From positions 20,832,001 to 20,896,000 of the forward strand of contig NC_086121.1 of NCBI RefSeq assembly GCF_963921235.1: 64,000 bases of DNA. Direction: 5' to 3'. How positions within the stretch are numbered: the stretch's first letter is position 1; every line of letters begins with the position of its first letter. The notes under the pieces were generated by a model, which did not search any database, was not told where the DNA came from, and worked only from the letters and a program-made list of their open reading frames with translations. Positions 52,355-64,000 of this stretch are shown piece after piece. Origin of the DNA: Mobula hypostoma (taxonomy: Eukaryota). Both the position numbers and the translations under genes were made by a program.

Positions 52355-53347
52355 ATATTTCCAGCTTCAGCCGTTATAGTACCATCACTGTGAAGATCAA
52401 AATATCCTGTCAACTGACGTGTTTTTGATATCACAAGTTGGTCTCTTCTTTCTTTTTCTTCCTTCGCTTTACGTTTTGCACTTCCAGAAGCATAATGATG
52501 TCCAATATTTCTGGCTCTATTGCTCATTGCTATCTGCAATGGAAAACAAAATAATGAAATATGCATTTAAAAACAAATAGTTTATGTTACAAAAGCTAAG
52601 TAGCGGTATCAACAAAGACTAGTGAACAATAACAAATTTATGTGACTGTTGTGGCTATGGGTGCGTGTGGATCACATGCACTCAACAACCAACTGGGAAT
52701 AGTGTTCTGAAAATTATCTGTTTAGTTGCTTATTGAAACTCATTTCATTTGGGAAATACAGGTTGAAACTCACAGTCTAATCTGATCTTGTATGTTCCTG
52801 AGCTGGTTCGGACTACCTAAAATCAGGAAAAAATCATTCTACTGGCGCCAGTGGGCCTAAGCTGGCACTCATGGCCTTTAGGAATGCAAGTTAAAATTCA
52901 TAATACATTATTTGGTATGTTATGTGCTAACATAGAGGACAATTCATATTCAAAAAGCATAGATATGGTGTCTTCGCAACTACCTGTAAACTTAGCATTC
53001 TTGTCTCAGAGGCGCCAGAGATGCATTGTTACAAATGAAACTGGGTTCACAGCTTTTAGGAAATGCATTGTTATGAACTCCATCCACAGTACTTTGTCAA
53101 AGAACAGAAGGCTGATGGCTGAAGTCATTTATTTAAGTGTAAATGAATCGTCTACCCAAAACTCACTCTAACAGTCGTGAGAATACGGTGAGATGCTGAT
53201 TTCACCAGACTTCAGCTTGCAAGCATTTAGTGTGGGCAGGGCCCTCGAAAATGCGGGGCCCGTAGCATATGCTATTTTTGCTACTAGGTTAATCTGGCCC
53301 TGGATGTAGGCAGGCTTTATTGGCAGGTACGTGGGATCAGAAGTTAA

Positions 53348-53575
<228 letters not shown>

Positions 53576-54199
53576 TAATGTAGAGTTTAGAGTTTAACAC
53601 AAAGGTGCCCATGCCAGTCATGAGTATATCATTGTAGTTCTCTGGTCCATCATGCTATTGCTGTGAAGGATGTTTTCAGCTTGTCCCACTTGCATTAGCT
53701 GCACTGCTGAATTAATATTTGTTTGAGATGTTGCTTTTCTGATTAGAAGCAGATGGATGTTAATGATTCCTTTACATCTTGTGAAGTAAACATGGAAACT
53801 GGGGAGGTAGTGGCCAACAGGTCTTAAAGTAACTGTTATTAGAATATTTGTATTGTTAATCATCCGGCAAAATGTATATATTTGTGATTTTCCTTAATTC
53901 ACTGCATTTCTTGAGTTTCAAACCATTTGAGATGACCAGATGCAATATTTTGCCTATTCTGCTGACAACTTTCACTCTAATCTTGCTGACCAACCATTGC
54001 TGTGAGCAGGACATGAAAGCTGTGCGGCACTTTGTATTAACATTATAAACAAGAAAATTCCAGCTGCATGGCAACGGAGGGTATGTGTGTGGGAGCATTT
54101 CAGTTACTGTGTGGCTGTGTATCCACACAGCTTAGAGGGAACAGTGCCTACTGTTGAGATAATGGAAGAGTTGTTATTAATGATTCATCGTAGTGCGCA

Positions 54200-55216
54200 T
54201 GCGCGGGTCGTGCATGCAGCCTGTTACAGCCACTCTGACTAGCTTTCTTACTTTTTTCTTCTTACTTTTTTAACTTGCATTATTTGTTGTATTTTTTTTC
54301 ACGGTAACACATTGAAGCTGCACCCTCTCTAACATGCTGGTGGAGAGAGTTTTATTTGGGTTTTTAGCGCTGGAAATAACTTAAATTTAGATACGTCTCA
54401 TTAGCGGGGCAGCAGTATAGTCGCATTGTTTATTCCAGGGACCAGCTGATTGCGCTTTTGCCGGCCGGTTTAGCGAACGGAGCGGCGGACACCCTGGCTG
54501 AATTGTGGAGGAAAACACACAGAGGATGCAGAGGGGGATCAAAAAGCCGAGGGAAGAGGACTGGGTCGAGTCAACAGAGACTTATGGAGAAGAGGAGTTA
54601 TAAGCCGTGTCTTCCCTCTCTCATTATGGGCAATGTGAGATCGCTGGGTAATAAAATGGACGAGTTGACGGCGCTAGCCAGGAGTCAGAGAACATTTCGG
54701 GAGTGCAGTGTTATGTGTTCTACTGAAGACCGGCTGCACGAGGACATACCCGACCAAAATGTTTCCATAGAGGGCTTCCAGACCATTCGGGCTGACCGGA
54801 AGTGCACTGAGAGCGGTAAGCGTAAAGGAGGGGGGCTTGCTGTTCTGGTTAACAACAGATGGTGCAGTCCTGGTCATATGACGATCAAGGAACGTGTTTG
54901 TAGCCCGGATATTGAACTTTTTGCTGTTGGACTTCGGCCGTATTCCACCGAGGTGCAACACTGGGCGTCACGGGAGGTTGTTCCTGCCTGTGGCCATCGA
55001 ACTTTGCAGCTCCTCCCGTGGAGGGTCAGACACCCTGAGCCAATAGGCTGGTCTTGGACTTATTTCCATCTGGCATAGTTTGCATATTGTTGTTTGATTG
55101 TTTGTGGTTTTGTATTGCTATACTTTTGCTCTATTCTTGGTTGGTGCAGCTGTAACGAAACCCAATTTCCCTTAGGATCAATAAAGTATATCTATCTATC
55201 TATCTATCTACCTATC
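54200..55216 (+). mobile_element. Internally deleted Rex1/Babar element
   Basis: APE N-terminus (PSLIMGNVRSLGNKMDEL, GGGLAVLVN) fused at ~54945 to the 3' end of the 44944 family; (CTAT)n tail. Confidence 0.8.
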
Positions 55217-56174
55217 TAAAAATGGTGCTGCTGAACCATGGCAATGTTTTTTAGACTATGTACAAAACTTCTAAATTACTTTCACTGCAATCTGCAGCTT
55301 GTAATTTTCCTTTAAGCAAAGTCCTTTTGAAGTGATTAATGAATGACAGATTTCACAATCTTCTGAAGGCCTTGTGGACTTAATTCTCAATAAAGCAGGT
55401 ACGCAGCCTTTTAAGTATATGAAGGTTCACTGCCAAGGATGGAGTGAGACAGGAGGAGGGCACTCCAAGCCAGGCTGAAACACAGAGAAATTAAACTCCC
55501 TCTACACAGCATCATCTTAGCAAATAAGTAGTCCTTGGAGAAGAAAATTTGAGGACCTAATGGCAAGATTGCTGTATTGTAGGGAAATGAGGAATTGTTG
55601 TGTTCTATGTTTTACCAAGACGTGGCTTACTCAGAGTACACCAGGTATGGTGATCAGACCCGAAGACTTCTCGATACACCCAGGATGGATCGAACTGCTT
55701 ATTTGGACAAGGTTAAAAGTAGGTGTGTATGTTTCATGATAAACTGTCTGTGGCAATCCAACGTGGCAGTTTTGTCGTATTCGTGTTCCCCCAACCTTGA
55801 TCAAATGCCAACGGTTCTGCTTACCAAGTGAGTTCTCCTCTGTGATCCTGAATGTAGTTTACATACCACCAGTGGCCAACTATAGTTACGCACTTGAAAT
55901 GCTGCATGATACTGTCATCAAACACCCCGACACCTTTCAAATCCTAGTCGGGGATTTCAATTAGGCTTATTTGATGAAATCCCTGCCCAATTACCATCTG
56001 CATATAACCTGTAGGACCAGAGGTCCCAAAACACCAGACCACTGTTTTACAAAGATAAGGAATACCTACTATTCCATGCCCAGATCGCATTTTGGGAAAT
56101 CTGATCCCTTGGCTGCCTTCCTACCTCATACAGGCAGAGGCTAAAGAGCAAGGCTTCAGAGACTAGGACAACTA

Positions 56175-57995
56175 AATACGTTGATGAAGGTAGAGCAGTA
56201 GATGTCGTGTATATGGATTTCTGCAAGGCACTTGCTAAGATATTCTATGCAAGGCTTATTGAGAAAGTAAGGAGGTATGGGATCCAAGGGCACCTTGCTT
56301 TGTGGATCCAGAATTGGCTTGTTCACAGAAGGCGAAGAGTGGTTGTAGACAGGTCATTTTCTGCATGGAGGCCAGTGACCAATGGTGTGCCTCGGGGATC
56401 TGCTCTGGGACCCCCACTATTCGTGATTTTCATAAATGGCCTGGATGAGGAAGTGGAGGGATGGGTTAGTAAATTAGCTGATGACACAAAGGTTGGGGGT
56501 GTTGTGGCTAGTGTGGAGGACTGTCAGAGGTTGCAGTGGGACATTGATAGGATGCAAAACTGGGCTGAGAAGTGGCAGATGGAGTTCAACCCAGATAAGT
56601 GTGAGGTGGTTCATTTTGGTAGGTCAAATATGATGGCAGAATAAAGTATTAATGGTAAGACTTTTGGCAGCGTGGACGATTAGATTAGATTAGATTATGA
56701 GGACACGCAGTCCTCTTTTATTGTCATTTAGTAATGCATGCATTAAGAAATGATAGAATATTCCTCCGGTGTGATATCACTGAAACCCAGGACAGACCAA
56801 GACTGAAAAACTAACAAAAACCACATAATTATAACATATGGTTACAACAGTGCAACAATACCATAACTTAATGAAGAACAGGCCATGGCACAGTAAAAAA
56901 GTTCAAAGTCTCTCGAATGTCCCACATCTCATGCAGATGGGAGAAGGAAGAAAACTCTCCCTGCCATGCCCGACCACAGTCCGACTCTGAGTCGTTCGAA
57001 AAATTCGAGCCTCCGATCAGCCCTCCGACACCGATAGCACCATCTCTATCCGAATGTTTTGACCTCAGCCTTGGTTGCCAGCAGCAGGCAAAGCTGGGGA
57101 TTTTGGGGCCTTCCCTCCAGAAGATTCTCAATTGTACAGTAACAGTGGCAGCGAACCTGCATTTCAGAAATTTCTCCAGATGTTCCTCTGTGTTTTCATG
57201 CCTGTCTCCATCAAATCAGAATTGTCCACGGCCCCTATTTAACAGATACGATATCATTTCACCGGAGAGCTGCGCGCGCTGCGTCATGCTGCCATCTTCT
57301 CCTCCCACCCAAGATCAGAGGGATCTTGGGGTCTGAGTCCATAGGACACTCAAAGCTGCTGCGCAGGTTGACTCTGTGGTTAAGAAGGCATATAGTGCAT
57401 TGGCCTTCATCAACCGTGGGATTGAGTTTAAGAGCTGAGAGGTAATGTTTCAGCTACCTATGACCCTAGTCAGACTCCACTTGGAGTACTGTGCTCAGTT
57501 CTGGTCACCTTACTACAGGAAGGATGTGGAAACTATAAAAAGGGTGCAGAGGAGATTCACAAGGATGTTGCCTGGATTGGGGAGCATGCCTTATGAGAAT
57601 AGGTTGAGTGAACTCGGCCTTTTCTCCTTGGAGCGATGGAGGATGAGAGGTGACCTGATAGAGGTGTATAAGATGATGAGAGGCATTGATCATGTGGATA
57701 ATCAGAGGCTTTTTCTCACAAGAGGACACAGTCTTAAGGTGCTTGGAGTAGGTACAGAGGAGATGTCAGGGCTAAGTTTTTTACGCAGAGAGTGGTGAGT
57801 GTGTGGAATGGGCTGCCGGCGATGGTGGTGGAGGCAGATATGATAGGGTCTTTTTTAAGAGACTCCTGTATAGGTACCTGGAGCTTAGAAAAATATAAGG
57901 CTATGGGTAACCCTAGGTAATTTCTAAAGTAACTACATGTTCGGCACAGCATTGCGGGCCGACGAGCTTGTGTTGTGCTGTAGGTTTTCTATGTT
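56175..57995 (+). mobile_element. CR1 RT and 3' end, interrupted at ~56680-57310
   Basis: YMDFCKAL, KLADDTK, YCAQFWSPYYRKD. Confidence 0.88.
56680..57310 (-). mobile_element. Non-coding retroposon, copy 1
   Basis: Homologous to 61925-62540; (TCTAA)n tail and AATAAA on - strand; splits a CR1. Confidence 0.7.
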
Positions 57996-58541
57996 TTTTT
58001 TAACTGAGGTGGCTGTAGGAGAAAGAGGAGTGGCTACAGGATTGCTTCGAGTCGGTGAACTGGGCCGTGTTAAAGGACTCATCTGCGGATCTGAATCAAT
58101 ACACCATGGTTGTCACAAACTTTATAAAAGACAATTGTAGACGAGTGTGGCCCCACAAGATCATTTCACAACCAGAAGCCCTGGATGAACAATCTCATCT
58201 CCAGGAAGTCCTCTCACGGGCGTGATACCTTATTTTTGCGACCTTTGAGCTCCTGGACTGGCTTTACTTGCCTCGGTGCTAAACTGACTCCACAGTCTGT
58301 CGACTTGTTTTTGGGGAATTCTGCAGCTCATTTTCTATGATATTTTTACTATTTGCATGATTTGCCCTCTTTTTGCACACTGGATGGTTGTTTGTCTTTA
58401 TGACGTGTGCTTTTTTTGTGGATTCTATTGTATTTCTTTGTTTTCCTGTAGGAACCTGCACGAATACGAATGTCAAAGTTGTATATAGTATACATACTTC
58501 ACTAATAAATTTACTGTGAACTTTGAACTTTTTCTTTTTAG

Positions 58542-58652
<111 letters not shown>

Positions 58653-59542
58653 TAGGGGTGAAATTGGCAAATTCAAGCCTGTTGATGGATTTGACTTTTG
58701 TAAACTACTCTTTAAATTGTGCTTGTCTGTATCTCCCTGCATTTGTCAATTTTGTTACTGTTTTAACAAAAACTAAATCTATACTTTGCATGTTTGTTCA
58801 GCTGTGGCTGATTTCCCATTACCAGATGGCCACTGAGCAAAGCCATATTATATCATTCCATTGTGGATTATTGCCTCTGTTTTGTACTTGTATTCAGGTA
58901 CCTGGTTTTGCCAACTGTCGACCGAGTCATATGTACAATTGATACCAAGGAGTTAGTGGTATCCATGTACAACTTTCCAGCCTTGTCCTCCGTAATTTTC
59001 AGCCTTGTGACCTTGGTGAACTAAACTCTTGTGCTGTTCTCTTTTAACTTTTTTCACTGATGATCTTTTGGCATGCATGACTTTAGAAGTTTGAGTGTCT
59101 CCCTAAGCCTCTGCTCTGTTTACATCTTTCCCAGACAGATTGCTTCCAATTAACTTCCCTTCACCGACCTCTCTCAGCTGGAGACACTACCACTGCTCAT
59201 GTCATTTAGGCTCTCCTAGCCTCCACCCGATCCCAGATACTACTTTTGTTGTCTCCATGTTTACAAATGTAGAGAGTGATTGCTTTCAGCATTTTCTTAG
59301 TTGCTTTGAGAGGTTATCAGTCTAAAACATAAAACTTTCCAGAGGTGCACCTTAACCTGTTTGGTATTTGCAGAATTTGTTCTGTCTCAGCATTTTGATT
59401 GAGCACTTGGCTACCTGTTCCAATAGAACTTCCTTAGTTCACTATCAAAATTTTGTTGCTGCACTCTTGTTTCTTTCCCTAGTTTCTGTGTGCTTTGTAA
59501 TTGCACAAAAGTTGACTGCAAGCTAAGTATCTGAGAGTTGAC

Positions 59543-60716
59543 TAGTGGTCCCCAACCACCGGGCTGCAAAGCATGCGTTACCGGGCCGCGAGGAAACGAT
59601 ATGATTTGGCGGTATGAGTCAGCTGCACCTTTCCTCATTCCCTGTCACGGCCTCTGTTGAGCTTGAATGCACGCGAGGTCGTTACCTGCACGTCATCCAT
59701 GTCAGCGCGGGAAGGAGATCAACTCCTCAAGCTTGCAAATGACGGCGGGCTGAAAAGTGTGTTTGACATAACATCTCTGCCGGCATTCTGGATCAAAGTC
59801 AAAGCTGAATATCCTGAGATAGCCACGAAAGCACTGAAAATGCTGCTTCCATTTCCAACATATCTCTGCAATGAATGCAACGAAAACTAAATTGCGGAAT
59901 AGACTGGACATAAGGACCCCCCTTCGAGTATCGCTGTCTCCCGTCACCCCTTGATAGGACCATCTTGTTGCAGGAAAACAAGCCCAGGGCTCCCACTGAT
60001 CCAGCAATATTGGTGTATTGCAATGATTTTATATGTTCATACGGGGAAAATATGTGCTGTGTGTTTAATATCCAAATGTTACTTAAAATGTTATGATGCT
60101 ATTGACTTACTTATATAACCATATAACAATTGCGGCACGGAAACAGGCGATCTCTGCCCTTCTAGTCCGTGCTGAATGCTACTCTCACCTAGTCCCACCG
60201 ACCTGCACTCAGGCCATAACCCTCCATTCCTTTCCTGTCCATATACCTATCCAATTTTTCTTTAAATGATAATATCGAACCTGTGTCTAGCACTTCTACT
60301 GGAAGCTCGTTCCACACTTACTTCAAGCTCCCCTGATAATTGACTTATCACTATATTCATGGGAGGAAAATATGCGCTGTGTGTTTATTATTAAATTCGT
60401 TAGATAAACCCTTTTAGAAACGAAATTGAGTGTATTAGCCACTTATCACCTATATTCCGGTCGTGATGAACACCCCCGCATCCCCCCCCCGAACAGAATC
60501 GCCTAAAAGGATTTGTAGAAAAAAATTGGCACGTACACGCATGCGCATTGGTGCCCACGCAAGGCGTCATGGTCATTGTAGTCTTTCTCGGGGTAAACCC
60601 AACTTATTTGACTGCAACCCTACCCCGCCCCCCCCCCCGGCCCCCGGTCGGCTGGTCTGCAAGAATATTGTCAATATTAAACCGTTCCGCAGTGCAAAAA
60701 AGGTTGAGGACCCCTG
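59543..60716 (+). mobile_element. Non-autonomous Charlie derivative carrying a CR1 3' fragment (~60115-60320)
   Basis: Ends match the 42572 element; FWIKVKAEYPEIATKALK; right flank GACTAGTT. Confidence 0.85.
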
Positions 60717-60780
60717 GACTAGTTGATGCCCTGTATTCTGTTTGGTGGCATGTTTCTCAAATATAAATGGTGTGACCTAG

Positions 60781-60981
<201 letters not shown>

Positions 60982-61487
60982 TGAGAGTGTGGGAGACCAG
61001 TGGGATGGATTTCCCGCTGTTGTGAGGCTGTAGGTGTCTCCTGCTGCCTGGGAATTCTGCTCATGGCCTCATTTCCGACTTGTGAATTGTCCAGGTTGCG
61101 AGCAGTGCCCAGGAATGGAACCTTGCCATAATCTGGGATTCTTCCTAAGTGTTCCAGCTGTCAGAAAAATATAGATGTCTAGCTCAAAGGACACCTGCAG
61201 CTCCACCAGGTACTTTGATTTGAAATGTTAGACCATTTCCATCACACAGTACTGAAGGCCTTTAACTACTTGGAAACACATTGAAGAGGAAACAGCAGAG
61301 TACCCCTTCTATGCCGAGAAGGATCACCCCTTGGATGAATTGAAGAGAACAAAGAAAAAGTAGGGTTCCATTGATGTCAGGTCAATCAGGCTTCACTCTG
61401 AAATCCACGGTGCAGAGAATACATGGCTGTTGGGTTGGGGCTTGTATTGGATCTTGGAGAATGGTATTAACTATCTGATTGGTGCAG

Positions 61488-61587
61488 GTGGATTACTAAC
61501 TGGGAAATACAAATTTGAGGACCAAAATGAGAAACAGCCCACCGGTCGCTTCTTCGGTAATGCCTGGGCTGAAGCATATAGAAACAG
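61488..61587 (+). CDS. AKR7A2: AKR7A exon 5
   Basis: GLLTGKYKFEDQNEKQPTGRFFGNAWAEAYRN. Confidence 0.95.
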
Positions 61588-61730
61588 GTGGGTTCACTGA
61601 TTTTCTGTCACCATCACACTTGACATTCTGTCTGGCCTTCTGGTAGGACAAAATTGTTTGGCATCTCATCCACTTTGTAAAAATTCTGAACCCACTTTAA
61701 TAATAATTTTTGCTGTCAACTGTTGTTCAG

Positions 61731-61860
61731 GTACTGGAAGGAGCATAATTTTCGGGGCATAGATTTGGTGAAGAAAGCAATAGATAAAACTTATGGGTGT
61801 GGGAAAACAAGCCTGGTATCAGCAGCTTTAAGGTGGATGTATCATCATTCCAATCTTCAG
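61731..61860 (+). CDS. AKR7A2: AKR7A exon 6; final exon lies beyond the window
   Basis: YWKEHNFRGIDLVKKAIDKTYGCGKTSLVSAALRWMYHHSNLQ; donor gtatgc. Confidence 0.95.
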
Positions 61861-61924
61861 GTATGCAGATTCAACAATATAAATATCACTGTAATTAAAT
61901 GGATTGGTTAGTTCCTTAAGATTG

Positions 61925-62540
61925 TTTTAGATTATGAGGACACGCAGTCCCCTTTTATTGTTATTTAGTAATGCATGCATTAAGAAATGATACAATGTTT
62001 TTCCAGAATGATATCACGGAACATGACAAACCGACTTTTAAAACTTAACAAAAAAACCACATAATTATAACATATAGTTACAACAGTGCAAACAATACCC
62101 TAATTTGATAAGAACAGACCATGGCATGGTAATAGTCTCAAAGTCTCTCGAAAGTCCCATCATCTCACGCAGACGGTAAACCTCCAGCGCCGCCAACGTG
62201 CTGATGCAGCATCCAACCACAGTCCGACTCCGAGTCTGTCTGAAAACTGAGCCTCCGACCACCTCTCCACCACTGAGCACCATCTCTGCTGAGCGTTCCG
62301 ACCCCGGCCCCGGCAACAGGCAAAGCCGACGATTTAGGGCCTTTGTCTCCGGAGATTCTCGATCGCGCAGTAGCAGCGGCAGCGAAGCTGGCATTTCAGA
62401 AGTTACTCCAGGTGTTTCTCCACGCTTTTCACGGCTGTCTCCATCAAATCCAGATTGTGCACGGCCCCCTAGTTACATATAATCAATATCATTCGGAATG
62501 GCCGCGTGTGCTGTGTCGCATCGCCATCTTCTCCTCCCTC
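61925..62540 (-). mobile_element. Non-coding retroposon, copy 2
   Basis: Shares both termini with 56680-57310. Confidence 0.7.
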
Positions 62541-63169
62541 CCTTAGACAGGGGTGGTGATGGGGACCAGCTCCCACTACCTAATAAATGGTCCCAATGGC
62601 GTGCGTCTCAAATAGCCTCTGACAACGAGTCCAGCTCCTTATGTGGCTTAGGTTTTTATCTGGATGCTCCAGAAGGGGCAAAGGCAGGTGACTGGCACTT
62701 TAAAATCGGTTGCTTTGGGCAGATGGAGCTAGTCAGCTTATCTAGGAGCAGGAAAACTGGTCTCAAACCTCTGCTGCCTTGCGGCTGTACCCACCCATGG
62801 GGAAATGCTTTGGGAGTAAACACTGAGGGGAAAAATCTGGAGCTGAACTCTCTAAGGTCCTATGTTGAGTTCAAAACTGAATGGCCACTGGTGCCGAACT
62901 GCCGTTCCTATGGATTCATCAGCTGCATGGAGTGGGGAAACCTGTAGCTTGCTCTCCATATTGTACTGCCTGAGTGGGTGTATTACGTAGGACACAATGT
63001 CCATGGTCAACCCTGACCAACAGAGGGCCTCATAATAGACTGGAGAAGGATTTGACTATCAAAAGAGAAGTGCAGATTGACTCAAGGTTATGATGCAGGA
63101 TTTTAAACCGAAATAACTCCTTGTCTCCCACTAATGCTACATTACCCACTGAGTTCTTCCAGCATAGAA

Positions 63170-63960
63170 TTGTCCAGCGATACAGCATGAAAACAGGCCC
63201 TTCAGCCCAACTTCTTCATGGTGACCAACCCGCCTAACTGATCTAGTCCTGTTTGTATCTGTCCAAGTGTCTTTTAAGCCTTGTAATTGTAATAAAGCTT
63301 TAACTTTTTCTATTTCCTTTGTTCCATATATGCAACAACTACTTTGAGGGGGAAAAAGTTGTCCCTTGGTCCTTTTAAAACTTTTTGTTGTCTTAACTTT
63401 AAACCTGTGCCCTCTAGATTTACTCTTATGGGGGGCGGGGCTGCTACATCACCTTATGTTCCTCATGATTTTATGAACCTCAATTAGGTTTAGTAGGGAA
63501 TAAAGGGGGCCTTTTCTGGTTGGCTGCTGGTGACTAATGGTGTTCTGCAGGGGTTGGTGTTTCATTTCACGTTATATTGTATGTCTGTGATTTGGATGAC
63601 AGAATTGATGGTTTCATGGCTAGATTTGTTCAAAAAGATTAGGTGGAGGGCAAGTAGTGTTGAGAAAACGAGTCTGCAGAAGGGCTTTGATTAGTCCAAT
63701 GGGCAAAAAAGCGGCAGATGGAATACAGTGGAGGGAAGTGTTAGTTATGCACTTTGGTAGAGGGAATAAAGGCATAGACCATGTTCAAAACGGGGAGCAA
63801 ATTCAAAAATCAGAAGTACAAAGGGATTTGGGACACCTCATGATGGATTCCCTAAAGGTTAACTTGTAGGTTGAGTCGATAAGGAAGGCAAATGCAATGT
63901 TAACTTTCATTTTGAGAGGTTTAGAATATAAAAGTGAGGATGTAATACTGAGGCTTTTTT
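63170..63960. mobile_element. Degenerate CR1 fragments in both orientations
   Basis: VMHFGRGNK, VQRDLG; CR1 3'-end motif at 63170. Confidence 0.7.
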
Positions 63961-64000
63961 TAAAATTAAGTGCAATCGTGAACAATAGCCAGATCAGAAA

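Larger units (their letters stand above)
42445..53302 (-). mobile_element. hAT transposon (Tip100/ZMYM1-like transposase pseudogene) with nested insertions
   Basis: TIR CAGGGCC(G/A)GATTAA at both ends; 8-bp TSD GATGTAGG (42437-42444 and 53303-53310). Fragments: RNWLCYSESKGSLFCFPC, FLAERGLSFRG, SLDSTPNISNVDQL, SDTRWSAR, VTNCSGKRSFSELK. Confidence 0.92.

Noticed and set aside
50160-52530. Host ZMYM1-like gene antisense to AKR7A
   Set aside because: Fragmented, SINE-interrupted and inside TIR/TSD; a transposase pseudogene.
54128-54146. hAT-MITE-like terminus TTAGAGGGAACAGTG
   Set aside because: No partner TIR found.

Overview
Vertebrate nuclear DNA, not prokaryotic. The repeat content (CR1, Rex1/Babar, Penelope-type ends, V-SINE) suggests a cartilaginous fish, probably a ray; this is inference. 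I reconstructed three spliced genes by hand, all with GT-AG junctions and consistent phases. DRAXIN is on the - strand with 4 coding exons; its 3' end lies left of the window. MAD2L2/REV7 is on the + strand and complete (8 coding exons, 211 aa). AKR7A2-like is on the + strand with 6 exons; the last exon lies right of the window. Most remaining sequence is nested transposable elements. Most notable: (1) a Penelope-derived insert with a minimal type-I hammerhead ribozyme core, in sense orientation in a MAD2L2 intron; (2) a non-autonomous Gmr1-like Gypsy element with an internal ~109-bp inverted duplication and a ~50-nt tRNA-Leu 3'-half at its PBS; (3) AKR7A intron 1 is almost entirely one 10.9-kb hAT transposon holding a four-layer nest; (4) a tRNA-Asn relic sits directly upstream of the AKR7A promoter. 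I found no CRISPR array and no novel multi-gene system.
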